Origin: Gemmatimonadaceae bacterium
Lineage (GTDB): Bacteria > Gemmatimonadota > Gemmatimonadetes > Gemmatimonadales > Gemmatimonadaceae
DNA length: 27,657 nucleotides
Reading direction: 5' to 3'
Assembly: GCA_033763905.1 (NCBI GenBank)
Contig: JANRJP010000077.1
Location: 1-27,657, forward strand
The position numbers and the translations under genes are program-made. The notes beneath the pieces are model-generated. The model was not told the DNA's origin. It saw only the letters and a program-made list of their open reading frames with translations, and ran no database searches. How positions within the stretch are numbered: the first letter of the stretch is position 1; every line of letters begins with the position of its first letter. Positions 10,790 through 22,055 of the stretch are shown in pieces.

Positions 10790-12430
10790 ATGCACTCATT
10801 CTGGCGGCAGCTCGCGGCGCCGTATCTGGCGGTGCTCGCCGCGTGCGGTTCGGTGACGCTCCTCGCGCAGACCCCGCGCCCCCCGGAGACCGCGCCGGCG
10901 TGGCTCACGGGCACCACGTGCTACGAGATCTTCGTCCGATCCTTTCAGGACAGCGACGGCGACGGCATCGGTGATCTGCGCGGACTCATTCGCCGCTTGG
11001 ACTATTTGAACGACGGCGACCCGCGCACGACCGACGACCTCGGTGTGCGATGCCTCTGGCTGATGCCCATCGCCGAATCGCCGGGCTACCACGGGTACGA
11101 TGTGCAGGACTACTACGCGGTCGAGCGGGACTACGGGACGACCGCCGACGTACGGGAACTCGTTCGCGAGGCACGCCGGCGCGGGATCCGTGTGCTTGTG
11201 GATATGGTGATCAACCACACCTCGCGTGAGCACCCGGCGTTTCAGGCGGCCCTGCGCGATACCACGTCGCCGTATCGCCGCTGGTATCGCTTCGCCCCGA
11301 CGCGCGGTCCCGACAACCGCTGGGGCGGCAACGGCTGGCACAAGAGCCCCGTCCGCGACGAGTGGTACTACGGCTTCTTCTGGCAGGGGATGCCCGATCT
11401 CAACTACGAGCAACCCGACGCGTTGGCCGAGATGCAACGCGTCGCGACGTATTGGCTCACTGACATCGGGGTGGACGGCCTGCGGCTCGATGCGGTCAAG
11501 TTTCTCGTCGAGGACGGCGCGCAGGTCGACGATGTGCCGGGCACCCATCGGGTCCTCACGGCCTACGGCACGCACGTGCGGACCGTCAAGCCCGACGCGT
11601 GGACGGTTGGCGAGGTATTCGACAACAGCGCGTCGGTGGCTCGCTACTACGGGAGCCAACTCGATGCATACTTCGCCTTCGAGGTCGCCGACAGTCTCAT
11701 CGCGGCCGCCGCGCGTGGCACGGCGGGCGGTGTGCTCCGGTCAGTCATCGACCTGCAGGGGCGCGTGCCGTGGCACCGGATGGCGCCGTTCCTGCGCAAC
11801 CACGATCAGCCTCGCACCGCGACGGCGCTCGGCGAGGATCTTGGCAAGGCGCGAGTCGCGGCAGGGCTCCTGCTTACGCTCCCCGGCGTGCCCTTCGTCT
11901 ACTACGGCGAAGAGCTCGGTGCTCGGGGACCCAAACCGGACGAGGACATTCGCACGCCAATGCCCTGGAGCACGTCCGGGCCTCACGCCGGCTTCAGCAC
12001 CGGCACGCCGTGGCGTCCCTTGCAACGCGACTCGCTGCGTGCCAACGTGGCCGTCCAACAGCGAGACCCAACCTCGCTCCTCGCCTTGTACCGCCGGCTG
12101 ATTCGCGCACGGGGTGCCTCCGCCGCGCTCGCGCAGGGCGCCCTGCATCCGCTCGTCGCCGAGGACTCCGCGCTGGTGACGTACGCGCGCGTCCATTCGG
12201 GCGATCAGGTGTTGGTGCTCGTGAATCTCGGAGCCAGCCCGACTCGCGTGTCGCGACTCCGCGGCGGCGACGCGCTGCGCGCGGGGCGCTACCGGGTGCG
12301 ATCCCTCGCCGATGCCGGTGGTCCGCGCACGTTGCGCGTGCGGGCCGACGGCGACCTCTCGGCGGATGGCGGCCCGCTGGAGCTTCGGCCCTTCGCCGTG
12401 CAGGTTCTGCAGTTGATTCCTCTTCCCTGA
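10790..12430 (+). CDS. Exported GH13 alpha-amylase-family enzyme (MPDLN 'intermediary'/GH13_36-like), 546 aa
   Basis: YEIFVRSFQDSDGDGIGDLRG, YHGYDV, DMVINHTS, GMPDLNY, GVDGLRLDAVK, VGEVF, FLRNHD, VYYGEELG, RTPMPW. The hydrophobic N-terminus contains LAAC (possible lipobox) or a Sec cleavage site at LLA|Q. Confidence 0.9.
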   Translation: MHSFWRQLAAPYLAVLAACGSVTLLAQTPRPPETAPAWLTGTTCYEIFVRSFQDSDGDGIGDLRGLIRRLDYLNDGDPRTTDDLGVRCLWLMPIAESPGYHGYDVQDYYAVERDYGTTADVRELVREARRRGIRVLVDMVINHTSREHPAFQAALRDTTSPYRRWYRFAPTRGPDNRWGGNGWHKSPVRDEWYYGFFWQGMPDLNYEQPDALAEMQRVATYWLTDIGVDGLRLDAVKFLVEDGAQVDDVPGTHRVLTAYGTHVRTVKPDAWTVGEVFDNSASVARYYGSQLDAYFAFEVADSLIAAAARGTAGGVLRSVIDLQGRVPWHRMAPFLRNHDQPRTATALGEDLGKARVAAGLLLTLPGVPFVYYGEELGARGPKPDEDIRTPMPWSTSGPHAGFSTGTPWRPLQRDSLRANVAVQQRDPTSLLALYRRLIRARGASAALAQGALHPLVAEDSALVTYARVHSGDQVLVLVNLGASPTRVSRLRGGDALRAGRYRVRSLADAGGPRTLRVRADGDLSADGGPLELRPFAVQVLQLIPLP

Positions 12431-12439
12431 GTGTCCGTG

Positions 12440-13741
12440 ATGCGAGTCCTTCGTACGCTCCCGCTCGTTCTGGCCTTGGCGGCCACCGCCGCGCCTTTGC
12501 ACGCACAGAAGGCCGCCAGTGATCTGGTGAAGCTCATCGAGCAGCGGCTCCCCGCCGTGATGCCCAAGGTGGTGGCGTGGCGTCGCGACATCCACGCGAA
12601 TCCGGAGCTCAGCTTCGAAGAAGTTCGCACCGCGGCGTTGGTCGCCGCTCATCTCAAGTCCTTGGGGCTCGAGGTGCAGACCAATGTGGGTAAGACCGGC
12701 GTCGTCGGCATTTTGCGCGGCGGTCGGCCAGGTCCAGTGGTGGCACTGCGCGCCGATATGGACGCGCTGCCGGTGACGGAGCAGGTGGACCTGCCCTTCA
12801 AGAGCACCAAGCGCGCAATGTGGCAGGGCGTCGAAGTCGGCGTGATGCACGCCTGCGGCCACGACAATCACGTCGCGATTCTGATGGGCGCGGCCGAGGT
12901 GCTGGCGGGGATGAAGGCACAGGTGCCGGGCACGATCAAGTTCATCTTTCAGCCGGCGGAAGAAGGGCTCGGCGGCGCGGCGGCGATGGTCGCCGATGGC
13001 GCGCTCACCAATCCGGCGCCGAGCGCCATCTTCGGCTTGCACGTCTGGCCGAACCCGGTGGGGTCGATCGCGCTGCGTCCGGGGCCGCTGATGGCGGCGG
13101 GAGGCAACTTCACCATCGTGGTGAAGGGGCGGCAAACCCACGGCTCACAACCGTGGAACGGCGTGGACCCGATCGTGGTCTCGGCGCAGATCATTCTTGG
13201 CCTGCAGACGATTGCCAGCCGCCAAGTGAACGTGACCTACCAGCCGAGCATCATCACGGTCGGGGCGATTCAGGGCGGCAACCGGAGCAACATCATCCCC
13301 GACAGCGTCGTGATGCAGGGGACCCTGCGCACCTTCGACGACGCGATGCGCGCCGATATCGCGGATCGCATCGTGCGCACGGCGACGGACATTGCGCGCT
13401 CCGCTGGGGCGACCGCCATCGTCGACGTGGGCCGTGGCGGACTCGTCACGGCGAACGACACGTCCCTCACCGAGCGCATGATGCCCACGCTCGCCCGGGC
13501 GGCCGGTGCCGCAGGGGTCCAGACGCTCAACCCCGTCACCGGCTCCGAAGACTTCCCGGTCTTCACGCAGAAGATCCCCGGCATCTTCTTCTTTCTCGGC
13601 GTCACGCCGAAGGGACAGGACCCGGCGAAGACGCCCACCAACCACTCGCCGCTGTTCTTTGCGGACGAGGGCGCGCTGGAGACAGGCGTTCGTGCGTTGT
13701 CGTCGCTGGCCGTCGACTATTTGACCGCGACGCGCCCCTGA
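12440..13741 (+). CDS. Exported M20D amidohydrolase / N-acyl-amino-acid hydrolase
   Basis: RRDIHANPELSFEE, ALRADMDALP, MHACGHD, FQPAEE, GSEDF, NHSP. Signal peptide MRVLRTLPLVLALAATAAPLHA|Q. Start is ATG 12440 or GTG 12431, which directly follows the GH13 stop. Confidence 0.92.
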   Translation: MRVLRTLPLVLALAATAAPLHAQKAASDLVKLIEQRLPAVMPKVVAWRRDIHANPELSFEEVRTAALVAAHLKSLGLEVQTNVGKTGVVGILRGGRPGPVVALRADMDALPVTEQVDLPFKSTKRAMWQGVEVGVMHACGHDNHVAILMGAAEVLAGMKAQVPGTIKFIFQPAEEGLGGAAAMVADGALTNPAPSAIFGLHVWPNPVGSIALRPGPLMAAGGNFTIVVKGRQTHGSQPWNGVDPIVVSAQIILGLQTIASRQVNVTYQPSIITVGAIQGGNRSNIIPDSVVMQGTLRTFDDAMRADIADRIVRTATDIARSAGATAIVDVGRGGLVTANDTSLTERMMPTLARAAGAAGVQTLNPVTGSEDFPVFTQKIPGIFFFLGVTPKGQDPAKTPTNHSPLFFADEGALETGVRALSSLAVDYLTATRP

Positions 13742-13764
13742 CGCGGCAGGGGACGCCACCGGCG

Positions 13765-13785
13765 CGCGGTCGCGAGGCGACCGCG
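13765..13785. terminator. GC hairpin between convergent genes (CGCGGTCGC-GAG-GCGACCGCG)
   Basis: Perfect 9-bp inverted repeat in the 49-nt gap between the M20 and FKBP stops. No U-tract. Confidence 0.5.
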
Positions 13786-13790
13786 GCGCG

Positions 13791-14333
13791 TTACGGCGCG
13801 GTGCGGACCGCCTCGTACGTGGGGCAGGCGGGCCACGTCGTGTTCGGTGTGCGGGGCAGGGTGTCCGCGACCGCGAGCAGTTCGACGTCGAAGATCAACG
13901 TGGCACGCGCGGGGATCACCGGCGGGCGCCCCTTCTCGCCGTAGGCGAACTGATAGGGAATCACCAATCGGCGCTTCCCACCGACCTGAAGGCCTTCGAA
14001 GCCAGCGTCCCATCCGGCGATGACGCGCCGAAAGCCAAGGGGCACGGCGATTGGGGAGCGCGGCTGCCCTTGCGGTGTGGTGTCGCGGCTGGAATCGAAT
14101 TTGGACCCATCGGTCAGCCAGCCCGTGTAATGCGCGTACACGCAGCGGTGATGCTCCGCGCGTGCGCCGGTGCCCGCGACCAGATCGACTTTCGACAAGG
14201 TGGCAATCACGACGTGCGGCTGGTTCGTCGGCGGAATCGTCGCGGGGAAGCTCGGCGTCCGCGCGGCACAGCCGACGACGGCGGCTGCTGCCGCAACGGC
14301 TAGCAGCGGCTGAAGGCGGGTGGACAGGGGCAT
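13791..14333 (-). CDS. FKBP-type peptidyl-prolyl cis-trans isomerase, probable lipoprotein, about 180 aa
   Basis: DLVAGTG, AHYTGWLTDGSKFDSSRD, VIAGWDAG, VGGKRRLVIPYQFAYG, IPARATLIFDVELL. Start ATG 14333 with signal/lipobox ...AAAVVGC. Confidence 0.93.
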   Translation of the reverse strand: MPLSTRLQPLLAVAAAAAVVGCAARTPSFPATIPPTNQPHVVIATLSKVDLVAGTGARAEHHRCVYAHYTGWLTDGSKFDSSRDTTPQGQPRSPIAVPLGFRRVIAGWDAGFEGLQVGGKRRLVIPYQFAYGEKGRPPVIPARATLIFDVELLAVADTLPRTPNTTWPACPTYEAVRTAP

Positions 14334-14422
14334 ACTCGAAACATCCGCACGTCCATTCCCCGACACCAGTCCCGGAGGCGCCCCGCTCGCGCGGCTGTAC
14401 TGAATACCCGATACTTACACAT

Positions 14423-16635
<2,213 letters not shown>

Positions 16636-16639
<4 letters not shown>

Positions 16640-17226
16640 GTATCCTCGAGATCGTCGCGGCCGCGTTCGGATTGATCGCGGTCGCGTTGAACGTGCGACA
16701 GCATATTTTGTGCTGGCCGACGGGGCTCGTGCAGGTGGCGCTCTACGTCGTGGTCTTCTGGGAGGCGAAGCTCTATTCCGATCTGGTGCTGCACCTCGTC
16801 TATGTCGTGCTGCAGCTGTACGGCTGGTACCACTGGTTGCACGGCGGGGCAGATCAGGGCCCACTCCGGACCAGCGCGATCGGATGGCGCCGCGCCGCCG
16901 CGTGGATGCTGCTCGCGCTCGCTGGCACACTGGGGTGGGGCGCCCTGATGGCCCGCTTCACCGATGCGGCCGTGCCCTATCCCGACGCCTTCATTCTGGC
17001 GGCGAGCCTCGTGGCGCAGTGGCTGATGGTCGAGAAAGTCGTGGAATCGTGGGTCTTCTGGCTCATCATCGACGTCGTCGCGGTCTGGGTGTACTGGCAG
17101 AAGGCGCTGTATCCCACGGTCGCACTCTACGCCGTCTTCCTCGGCCTCGCGGCCGCCGGCTGGGTCACGTGGCGGCGTGCGCTCGTCCGTGAGTCCCCAC
17201 CGCGCCTGAGCCCGGGGCCGACGTGA
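16636..17226 (+). CDS. pnuC: Nicotinamide riboside transporter PnuC, 196 aa
   Basis: LEIVAAAFG, CWPTGL, LYSD...QLYGWYHW, PYPDAF...SLVAQWLM..K..ESWVFWLIIDV. GTGA overlap with the kinase stop, and adjacent to nadR. Confidence 0.9.
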
Positions 17227-18299
17227 GCCGCACGACCGGGCTGGTGCTCGGCAAGTTTGCCCCGCTGCACGCGGGGCATCAGTTGCTGATCGAACGCGCT
17301 CTCGCCGAGACCGATCACGTCATCGTGCTCATCTACGGCGCGGCCAACGTCACCGACGTGCCGCTCAGCGTGCGGTCCGACTGGATCCGGACGCTGTATC
17401 CGGCGGTCGAGGTCCGCGAGGCCTGGGACGGACCGACCATCGTCGGCGATTCGCCCGAGATCATCAAGCTCCACGACGACTACATCACCGCCAAGCTCGC
17501 CGATGTGCGCATCACGCACTTCTACTCGAGCGAGTTCTACGGCGATCACGTCAGTCGCGCGTTGGGGGCGGCGGACGTTCGGGTGGATCCCGAGCGCCGC
17601 ACGGTCCCGGTCTCGGGGAGCGCGATCCGCAGTGATCCGTGGCGCCATCGCCAGTTCGTGTCGCCGGTGGTGTACCGCGACCTGGTGCTCCGGGTGGCCT
17701 TCGTCGGTGCCCCGTCCACCGGCAAGAGCACCATCACCGAGGCGCTGGCGCGCGAGTACGACACCACCTTTATGCCTGAGTACGGGCGCGAGTACTGGTT
17801 CGCGCACCAGGTCGATCGCCGCCTCACGCCGGCGCAGCTCGTCGAACTGGCGCACGGACACCGCGAACGCGAAGAGCTCGCGATGCGCGCGGCGCGGCAG
17901 GTGCTGTTCGTCGATACCGAAGCGCTCGTCACGCGGATGTACGGCATCTGGTACCACGGGACGGTACTCCCCGAACTCGAACGGCTCGCCGACGAATCGG
18001 CGAGCCGCTACGACGTGTTCTTCCTCTGCGACGACGACATCCCGTACGAGGACGAGTGGGCCCGGTCGGGCGATGCATTCCGGACGACGTTTCAGCAGGT
18101 GATCATCGACGAACTGCTGCGCCGGCGCATCCCCTACGTCACGCTCACCGGCCCGGTCGCCGCGCGCGTCGCGACGGTGCGCGAGACACTGCGCGGCTAC
18201 CGGAAGTGGACCTCATTCGGCGATCATCTCAGGGCACGACTCTCGGCCGACCGATCTGATACTCCTTCGGCGGCACGTTCTTCTGGAGATGCTGGATGA
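17223..18299 (+). CDS. nadR: NadR-type bifunctional NMN adenylyltransferase / ribosylnicotinamide kinase without an HTH domain, 358 aa
   Basis: GKFAPLHAGH (HxGH), VSGSAIR, P-loop GAPSTGKST, PEYGREY, FVDT, DDIPYEDE..R. GTGA overlap with the pnuC stop. Confidence 0.88.
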   Translation: MSRTTGLVLGKFAPLHAGHQLLIERALAETDHVIVLIYGAANVTDVPLSVRSDWIRTLYPAVEVREAWDGPTIVGDSPEIIKLHDDYITAKLADVRITHFYSSEFYGDHVSRALGAADVRVDPERRTVPVSGSAIRSDPWRHRQFVSPVVYRDLVLRVAFVGAPSTGKSTITEALAREYDTTFMPEYGREYWFAHQVDRRLTPAQLVELAHGHREREELAMRAARQVLFVDTEALVTRMYGIWYHGTVLPELERLADESASRYDVFFLCDDDIPYEDEWARSGDAFRTTFQQVIIDELLRRRIPYVTLTGPVAARVATVRETLRGYRKWTSFGDHLRARLSADRSDTPSAARSSGDAG

Positions 18300-20571
18300 A
18301 GTAGTCCCACCGACGGCGCATCACGTACGGGCCGTCGACGCCGAATCCGTGCCGCGCATTCGGCAGCATCAACAGATCGAAATCCTTGCCGGCCTTCATC
18401 AGCGCGTCCGCCACGAGCTGCGTGTTGTACGGCGGCACGTTGTCGTCCATCATCCCGTGGATCAGGAAGAGCTTCCCTTGGAGGTTCTTCGCGTAGGTCT
18501 GGTTCGCCTCCGCCGCGTAGTTGTCGACGCCCCCATTGCTGGTTCGCAGTCCCTGATAGCGCTCGCCCCAGTCGTCTTCGTAGTTGCGGTTGTCGTGGTT
18601 GCCGGACTCGGCGATGCCGACGTCGAAGAACTCCGGGTGGCGCAGCATCGCCGCCGCGGTGGCGAACCCGCCGCCCGAGTGCCCCCAGATGCCGACGTTG
18701 TCGATGTCGATGTAGCGATGGCGCTTGGCCAGCTCCTGCATCCCGGCGATCTGGTCGGGAATCGTGTTGTCCCCCATCCGGCCGTAGTAGTAGTCGTGGA
18801 ACTGCTTCGAGCGGTTCGGCGTCCCGAGGCCGTCGAGCTCGACGACCACGAAGCCCAACTCGGCGAGCGCCTGATTGTCGCCGCGCGCGGGCACGAACGA
18901 TCGCGGGCCAACGCTGCCCGACTGCGGCCCGGGATAGATGTGGTTGATGATGGGGTACTTCTTGGTCGTGTCGAGCGACGTCGGGACGTACATCAGGCCG
19001 TAAAGATCGGTCTTGCCGTCGCGGGCCTTCACCGTCACGGGTATCGGCGCCCGCCACCCGCTTGCCAGCAATCGCGATGCATCGGCCGTCTCGAGGGCCA
19101 CAAGCAACTTGCCGCTGCGGTCACGCAGCGCGACGCGCGGCGGTGTGGTCGGCGTCGAGAAGATGTCGACGAAGTACTGCGCGTCGGGCGACAGCACCAC
19201 CGTGTGGTTGGCGCTGTCCGGGGTGAGCAGTTGCAGGCCGCGGCCGTCGAAGCCGACCCGATACAGATGCTGGAAGTACGGGTCGCGGCCCGACTCGCGG
19301 CCGTTCGCGGTGAAGTACAGCACCCGAGCCTTCTCGTCGACGTGCACGATGTTGCTCACGTTCCCGTCGCCCGTGGTGATGCGGTTCTTGAGCGCACCAG
19401 TCGTCAGGTCGTACAAATAGAGGTGCACCCAATTGTCGCGCTGCGACCACCAGATCACCTCGTTCGACGCCGGCAGCACGCGCCACAGATTCTCGGTCAG
19501 CGAGGCGTCACCGATCTGTGTCGCCGAGGTTTCGGTGATCAGGTCGCGGACGGCACCGGTGGTGGCGTTGGCAATGCGCAGCGTGGCCCGCTTGTGGTCG
19601 CGGCTGCTCGAGATGAACGCCACGTGCGAATTGTCGGGATACCACTGCAGGTCGCAGACCGTGCCGCCATCGCAGGCAATGTGATCCGACACCGTCGAGC
19701 GGTGCGGGTCCGGCGGGAGCTGCACGCGGGTGACCGTCCCTGCCTTGTCCCCACTGACCTGCACGATCACGCGCGACACGCGGAAGATCACCGAGTCGCC
19801 GGGCATCGGATACTTCCACTGCTCCAGCGTCGGCGGGCCGACGGTGGTGCGCACCAGATACATATCCCGCACGCCGCGGCCGTCGTGCTGGAACGTCGCC
19901 ACCGAGCGCGAGTCCGGCGACCAGGTCACCACCGGGTTGTCATTGTGGACCCACCCGGCATTGTTCGTGGCGTATCCAAAGTCCTTGATCCCGTCGGTCG
20001 TGAGCTGCCGGTCGGTCCCGGTCACCAGGTCGCGAGCCCACAAGTTGTAGCCGCGAATGAACACGGCGGTCTTCCCATCCGGCGACACGCTGGCGTTCGG
20101 CGGCGTGGGTGCCCGAGGCGTCGTCGCGGGCTCCGCCGCACACGCATACGCGTCCAGCGTACAGCGGTACGTCTTGCCACCGACCGGCAGCAGCACCGCG
20201 CGCCCGTCCGCCGACCAGTCCAGCGAGGCAAACGGCAAGCGATTCGCGTCGTAGGTGCCGCCCGCCACCTGGCTCAGAGCCGCGGCGATCCGCGCGTGAT
20301 CGAACGCCAGCGTCCGCTGTTTCTTGGCCGCATCGACCGCGACGAAGGTCCATCCCGTCGCCGTCGTCACGCGGTACCAGACGCGCGTCGGGCTATGCCA
20401 CGTCGGGCGCGTCACCGTGCCCGACACCAGGGGAATCGTGCTCGGCGCCAGGAAGCGCTCGGCGCGCGCGTAGTCTTCGATCGTGAACTGATAGGGCGCG
20501 CGACCCGCCTGTTGAGCCAGGGCGGACGCGGAGGAGGCGGCGACGAGCGCCGCGGCGGGGATGATGCGCAT
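18229..20571 (-). CDS. Exported dipeptidyl-peptidase IV-like S9B peptidase, about 780 aa
   Basis: Likely start ATG 20571 (MRIIPAAALVAASSASALA|Q). SPDGK, QLTTDG, WSPDS, YPMPG, IYPGPQ, GIWGHSGGG (Ser), DDNV (Asp), ARHGF (His). Confidence 0.92.
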   Translation of the reverse strand: MRIIPAAALVAASSASALAQQAGRAPYQFTIEDYARAERFLAPSTIPLVSGTVTRPTWHSPTRVWYRVTTATGWTFVAVDAAKKQRTLAFDHARIAAALSQVAGGTYDANRLPFASLDWSADGRAVLLPVGGKTYRCTLDAYACAAEPATTPRAPTPPNASVSPDGKTAVFIRGYNLWARDLVTGTDRQLTTDGIKDFGYATNNAGWVHNDNPVVTWSPDSRSVATFQHDGRGVRDMYLVRTTVGPPTLEQWKYPMPGDSVIFRVSRVIVQVSGDKAGTVTRVQLPPDPHRSTVSDHIACDGGTVCDLQWYPDNSHVAFISSSRDHKRATLRIANATTGAVRDLITETSATQIGDASLTENLWRVLPASNEVIWWSQRDNWVHLYLYDLTTGALKNRITTGDGNVSNIVHVDEKARVLYFTANGRESGRDPYFQHLYRVGFDGRGLQLLTPDSANHTVVLSPDAQYFVDIFSTPTTPPRVALRDRSGKLLVALETADASRLLASGWRAPIPVTVKARDGKTDLYGLMYVPTSLDTTKKYPIINHIYPGPQSGSVGPRSFVPARGDNQALAELGFVVVELDGLGTPNRSKQFHDYYYGRMGDNTIPDQIAGMQELAKRHRYIDIDNVGIWGHSGGGFATAAAMLRHPEFFDVGIAESGNHDNRNYEDDWGERYQGLRTSNGGVDNYAAEANQTYAKNLQGKLFLIHGMMDDNVPPYNTQLVADALMKAGKDFDLLMLPNARHGFGVDGPYVMRRRWDYFIQHLQKNVPPKEYQIGRPRVVP

Positions 20572-20588
20572 CCCCAACGGTATCAGCG

Positions 20589-21923
20589 TCAGACAGCCCG
20601 AGGCAATTTCGAGAGCCGTGACACGCCGGCGCCCAACGCGAGCGTGCCAACCGCCGCCGCCAGCACCGCTGGCCGCTGCGCCACCACGAAGCCGATCATC
20701 CAGATGCTCAGCGCGCCGAAGAGCAACGGGGGCAGGGGGTACCACGGCACCCGGAATGGACGGGCCAGCGACGGGGCCGTCTGCCGCAGGCGCATCACGC
20801 CGAGCACCGCGAGGAGGTTCATCAAGTTGAGCACCACGCCCGTGTAGGCGAGCACCTGCTCGAACGAGGCGGTCACGATCAGCGTCGCGACCAAGGCCAG
20901 CTGCAGGCCGAGCGCCGCGCGCGGGACGCCGGAGGGACTGCGCTGGCCGAACCACTCCAGCCTCGGAGTCGCGGCACAGACCGCCTGCGTGACGCGGGAG
21001 CCCGCCATGAGAAAACCGGAGATGGTGGCCACGAGCACCGCCGCGATGACGCCGCTCATCACGGTGCCCCCACTGGGCCCGAGAATGCGCGTCGCCGACA
21101 GCGCCGCGACTTCGACCGTGCCGGCCAGCGCCCCAATCGGCACCGTCCGCAGGAAGACCCAGTGCAGCAACAGGTACAGCGCCGCCACGAGCAGGACCGC
21201 AAGCACCACAGCGCGCGGGATGACGCGCTGGGGCTCGCGGATCTCGCCGGCGACGTAACCAATCGCATTCCATCCGTGGTAGGCATAGACCACATAGATC
21301 AGCGACACGGCGAATGGCGCCGAGGCGATCTCCGTCCACGACGCCGCGCTTGGCATAAAGGCGATCGGCTCGACGGGGCCGATCAGCAGGCCAGTCACGA
21401 CAAAGGCCAGAATGACGGACACCGTCAACGAGGTGGTGCCGACCTGAAAGGCGCGCGCTTGCGCGTTCTGTCGCCAGTGAATCGCCGCGACGGCGCCGAG
21501 CACGGCGCACGTCGCCACCATCGGCGCCACGGGTACGACCGCGGAGACGTACCGACCGAAGGCCATCGCGGCGAGGGCGGTGGGGGCCGCGAAGCCGGCG
21601 GTCATACTGACGAAGCCGCCGGTGAAACCGAGAGTGGGGGACCAGGCGCGGCTCAGGTAGACGAACTCGCCCCCCGATTCCGGGAGCATCGCGCCGAGTT
21701 CGGCGTAGCAGAGGGCCCCGCAGAGGGCGAGGACACCGCCGAGTCCCCAGAGGGCGAGCAGGGCGAATCCGTCGTGCAGGCTCAGGGCCTGGAAGCCTAG
21801 GCTCGTAAAGACGCCGGTACCGATCTGGTTGGACACGAGCAGCGCGACGGCACTGGCCATGCCAAAGGCCGCGGCCTTGGGGCTGGCGGCATCTGTCGGG
21901 GGCTGCACGGGCCGATCGGTCAC
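20589..21923 (-). CDS. APC-family amino acid permease, about 444 aa
   Basis: NQIGTGVFTSLG (TM1), GALCYAELGAMLPESGGEFVYL, YAYHGWN, GEIREPQRVIPRA, SGVP, RPFRVPWYP. Start GTG 21923 (alternative ATG 21860). Confidence 0.92.
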   Translation of the reverse strand: MTDRPVQPPTDAASPKAAAFGMASAVALLVSNQIGTGVFTSLGFQALSLHDGFALLALWGLGGVLALCGALCYAELGAMLPESGGEFVYLSRAWSPTLGFTGGFVSMTAGFAAPTALAAMAFGRYVSAVVPVAPMVATCAVLGAVAAIHWRQNAQARAFQVGTTSLTVSVILAFVVTGLLIGPVEPIAFMPSAASWTEIASAPFAVSLIYVVYAYHGWNAIGYVAGEIREPQRVIPRAVVLAVLLVAALYLLLHWVFLRTVPIGALAGTVEVAALSATRILGPSGGTVMSGVIAAVLVATISGFLMAGSRVTQAVCAATPRLEWFGQRSPSGVPRAALGLQLALVATLIVTASFEQVLAYTGVVLNLMNLLAVLGVMRLRQTAPSLARPFRVPWYPLPPLLFGALSIWMIGFVVAQRPAVLAAAVGTLALGAGVSRLSKLPRAV

Positions 21924-21957
21924 GGCGGACAAAGTACCCCGGGGCAAAAACTCGCGC

Positions 21958-21986
21958 TTGACAGCGGGATTCCCTGTCCACAACCT
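21958..21986 (+). promoter_or_regulatory. Sigma70-type promoter of the beta-glucan operon: -35 TTGACA (21958-21963), 17-nt spacer, -10 CAACCT (21981-21986)
   Basis: Consensus -35 with canonical spacing in the divergent intergenic region. SD-like GGAG precedes ATG 22056. Confidence 0.7.
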
Positions 21987-22007
21987 TTGTTCGTCCGCCG
22001 AACAAAG
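21985..22007. promoter_or_regulatory. Candidate ROK-repressor operator CTTTGTTCG-TCCGC-CGAACAAAG (23 bp)
   Basis: Perfect 9-5-9 palindrome overlapping the -10 and the predicted TSS. It has the TT-N9-AA geometry known for NagC/Mlc-type ROK operators, and a ROK repressor is encoded in the same operon. Confidence 0.75.
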
Positions 22008-22055
22008 CGGGTCGGTGCGCTGCCGTCCCGCCTTCTCTAGACCTGGAGTACCGGT

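Noticed and set aside
14334..14422. Possible NAD riboswitch or operator (TGTA...TACA) upstream of the kinase-pnuC-nadR unit
   Set aside because: The region is an 89-nt divergent spacer with no convincing stem architecture, and the 4-bp arms are within chance.
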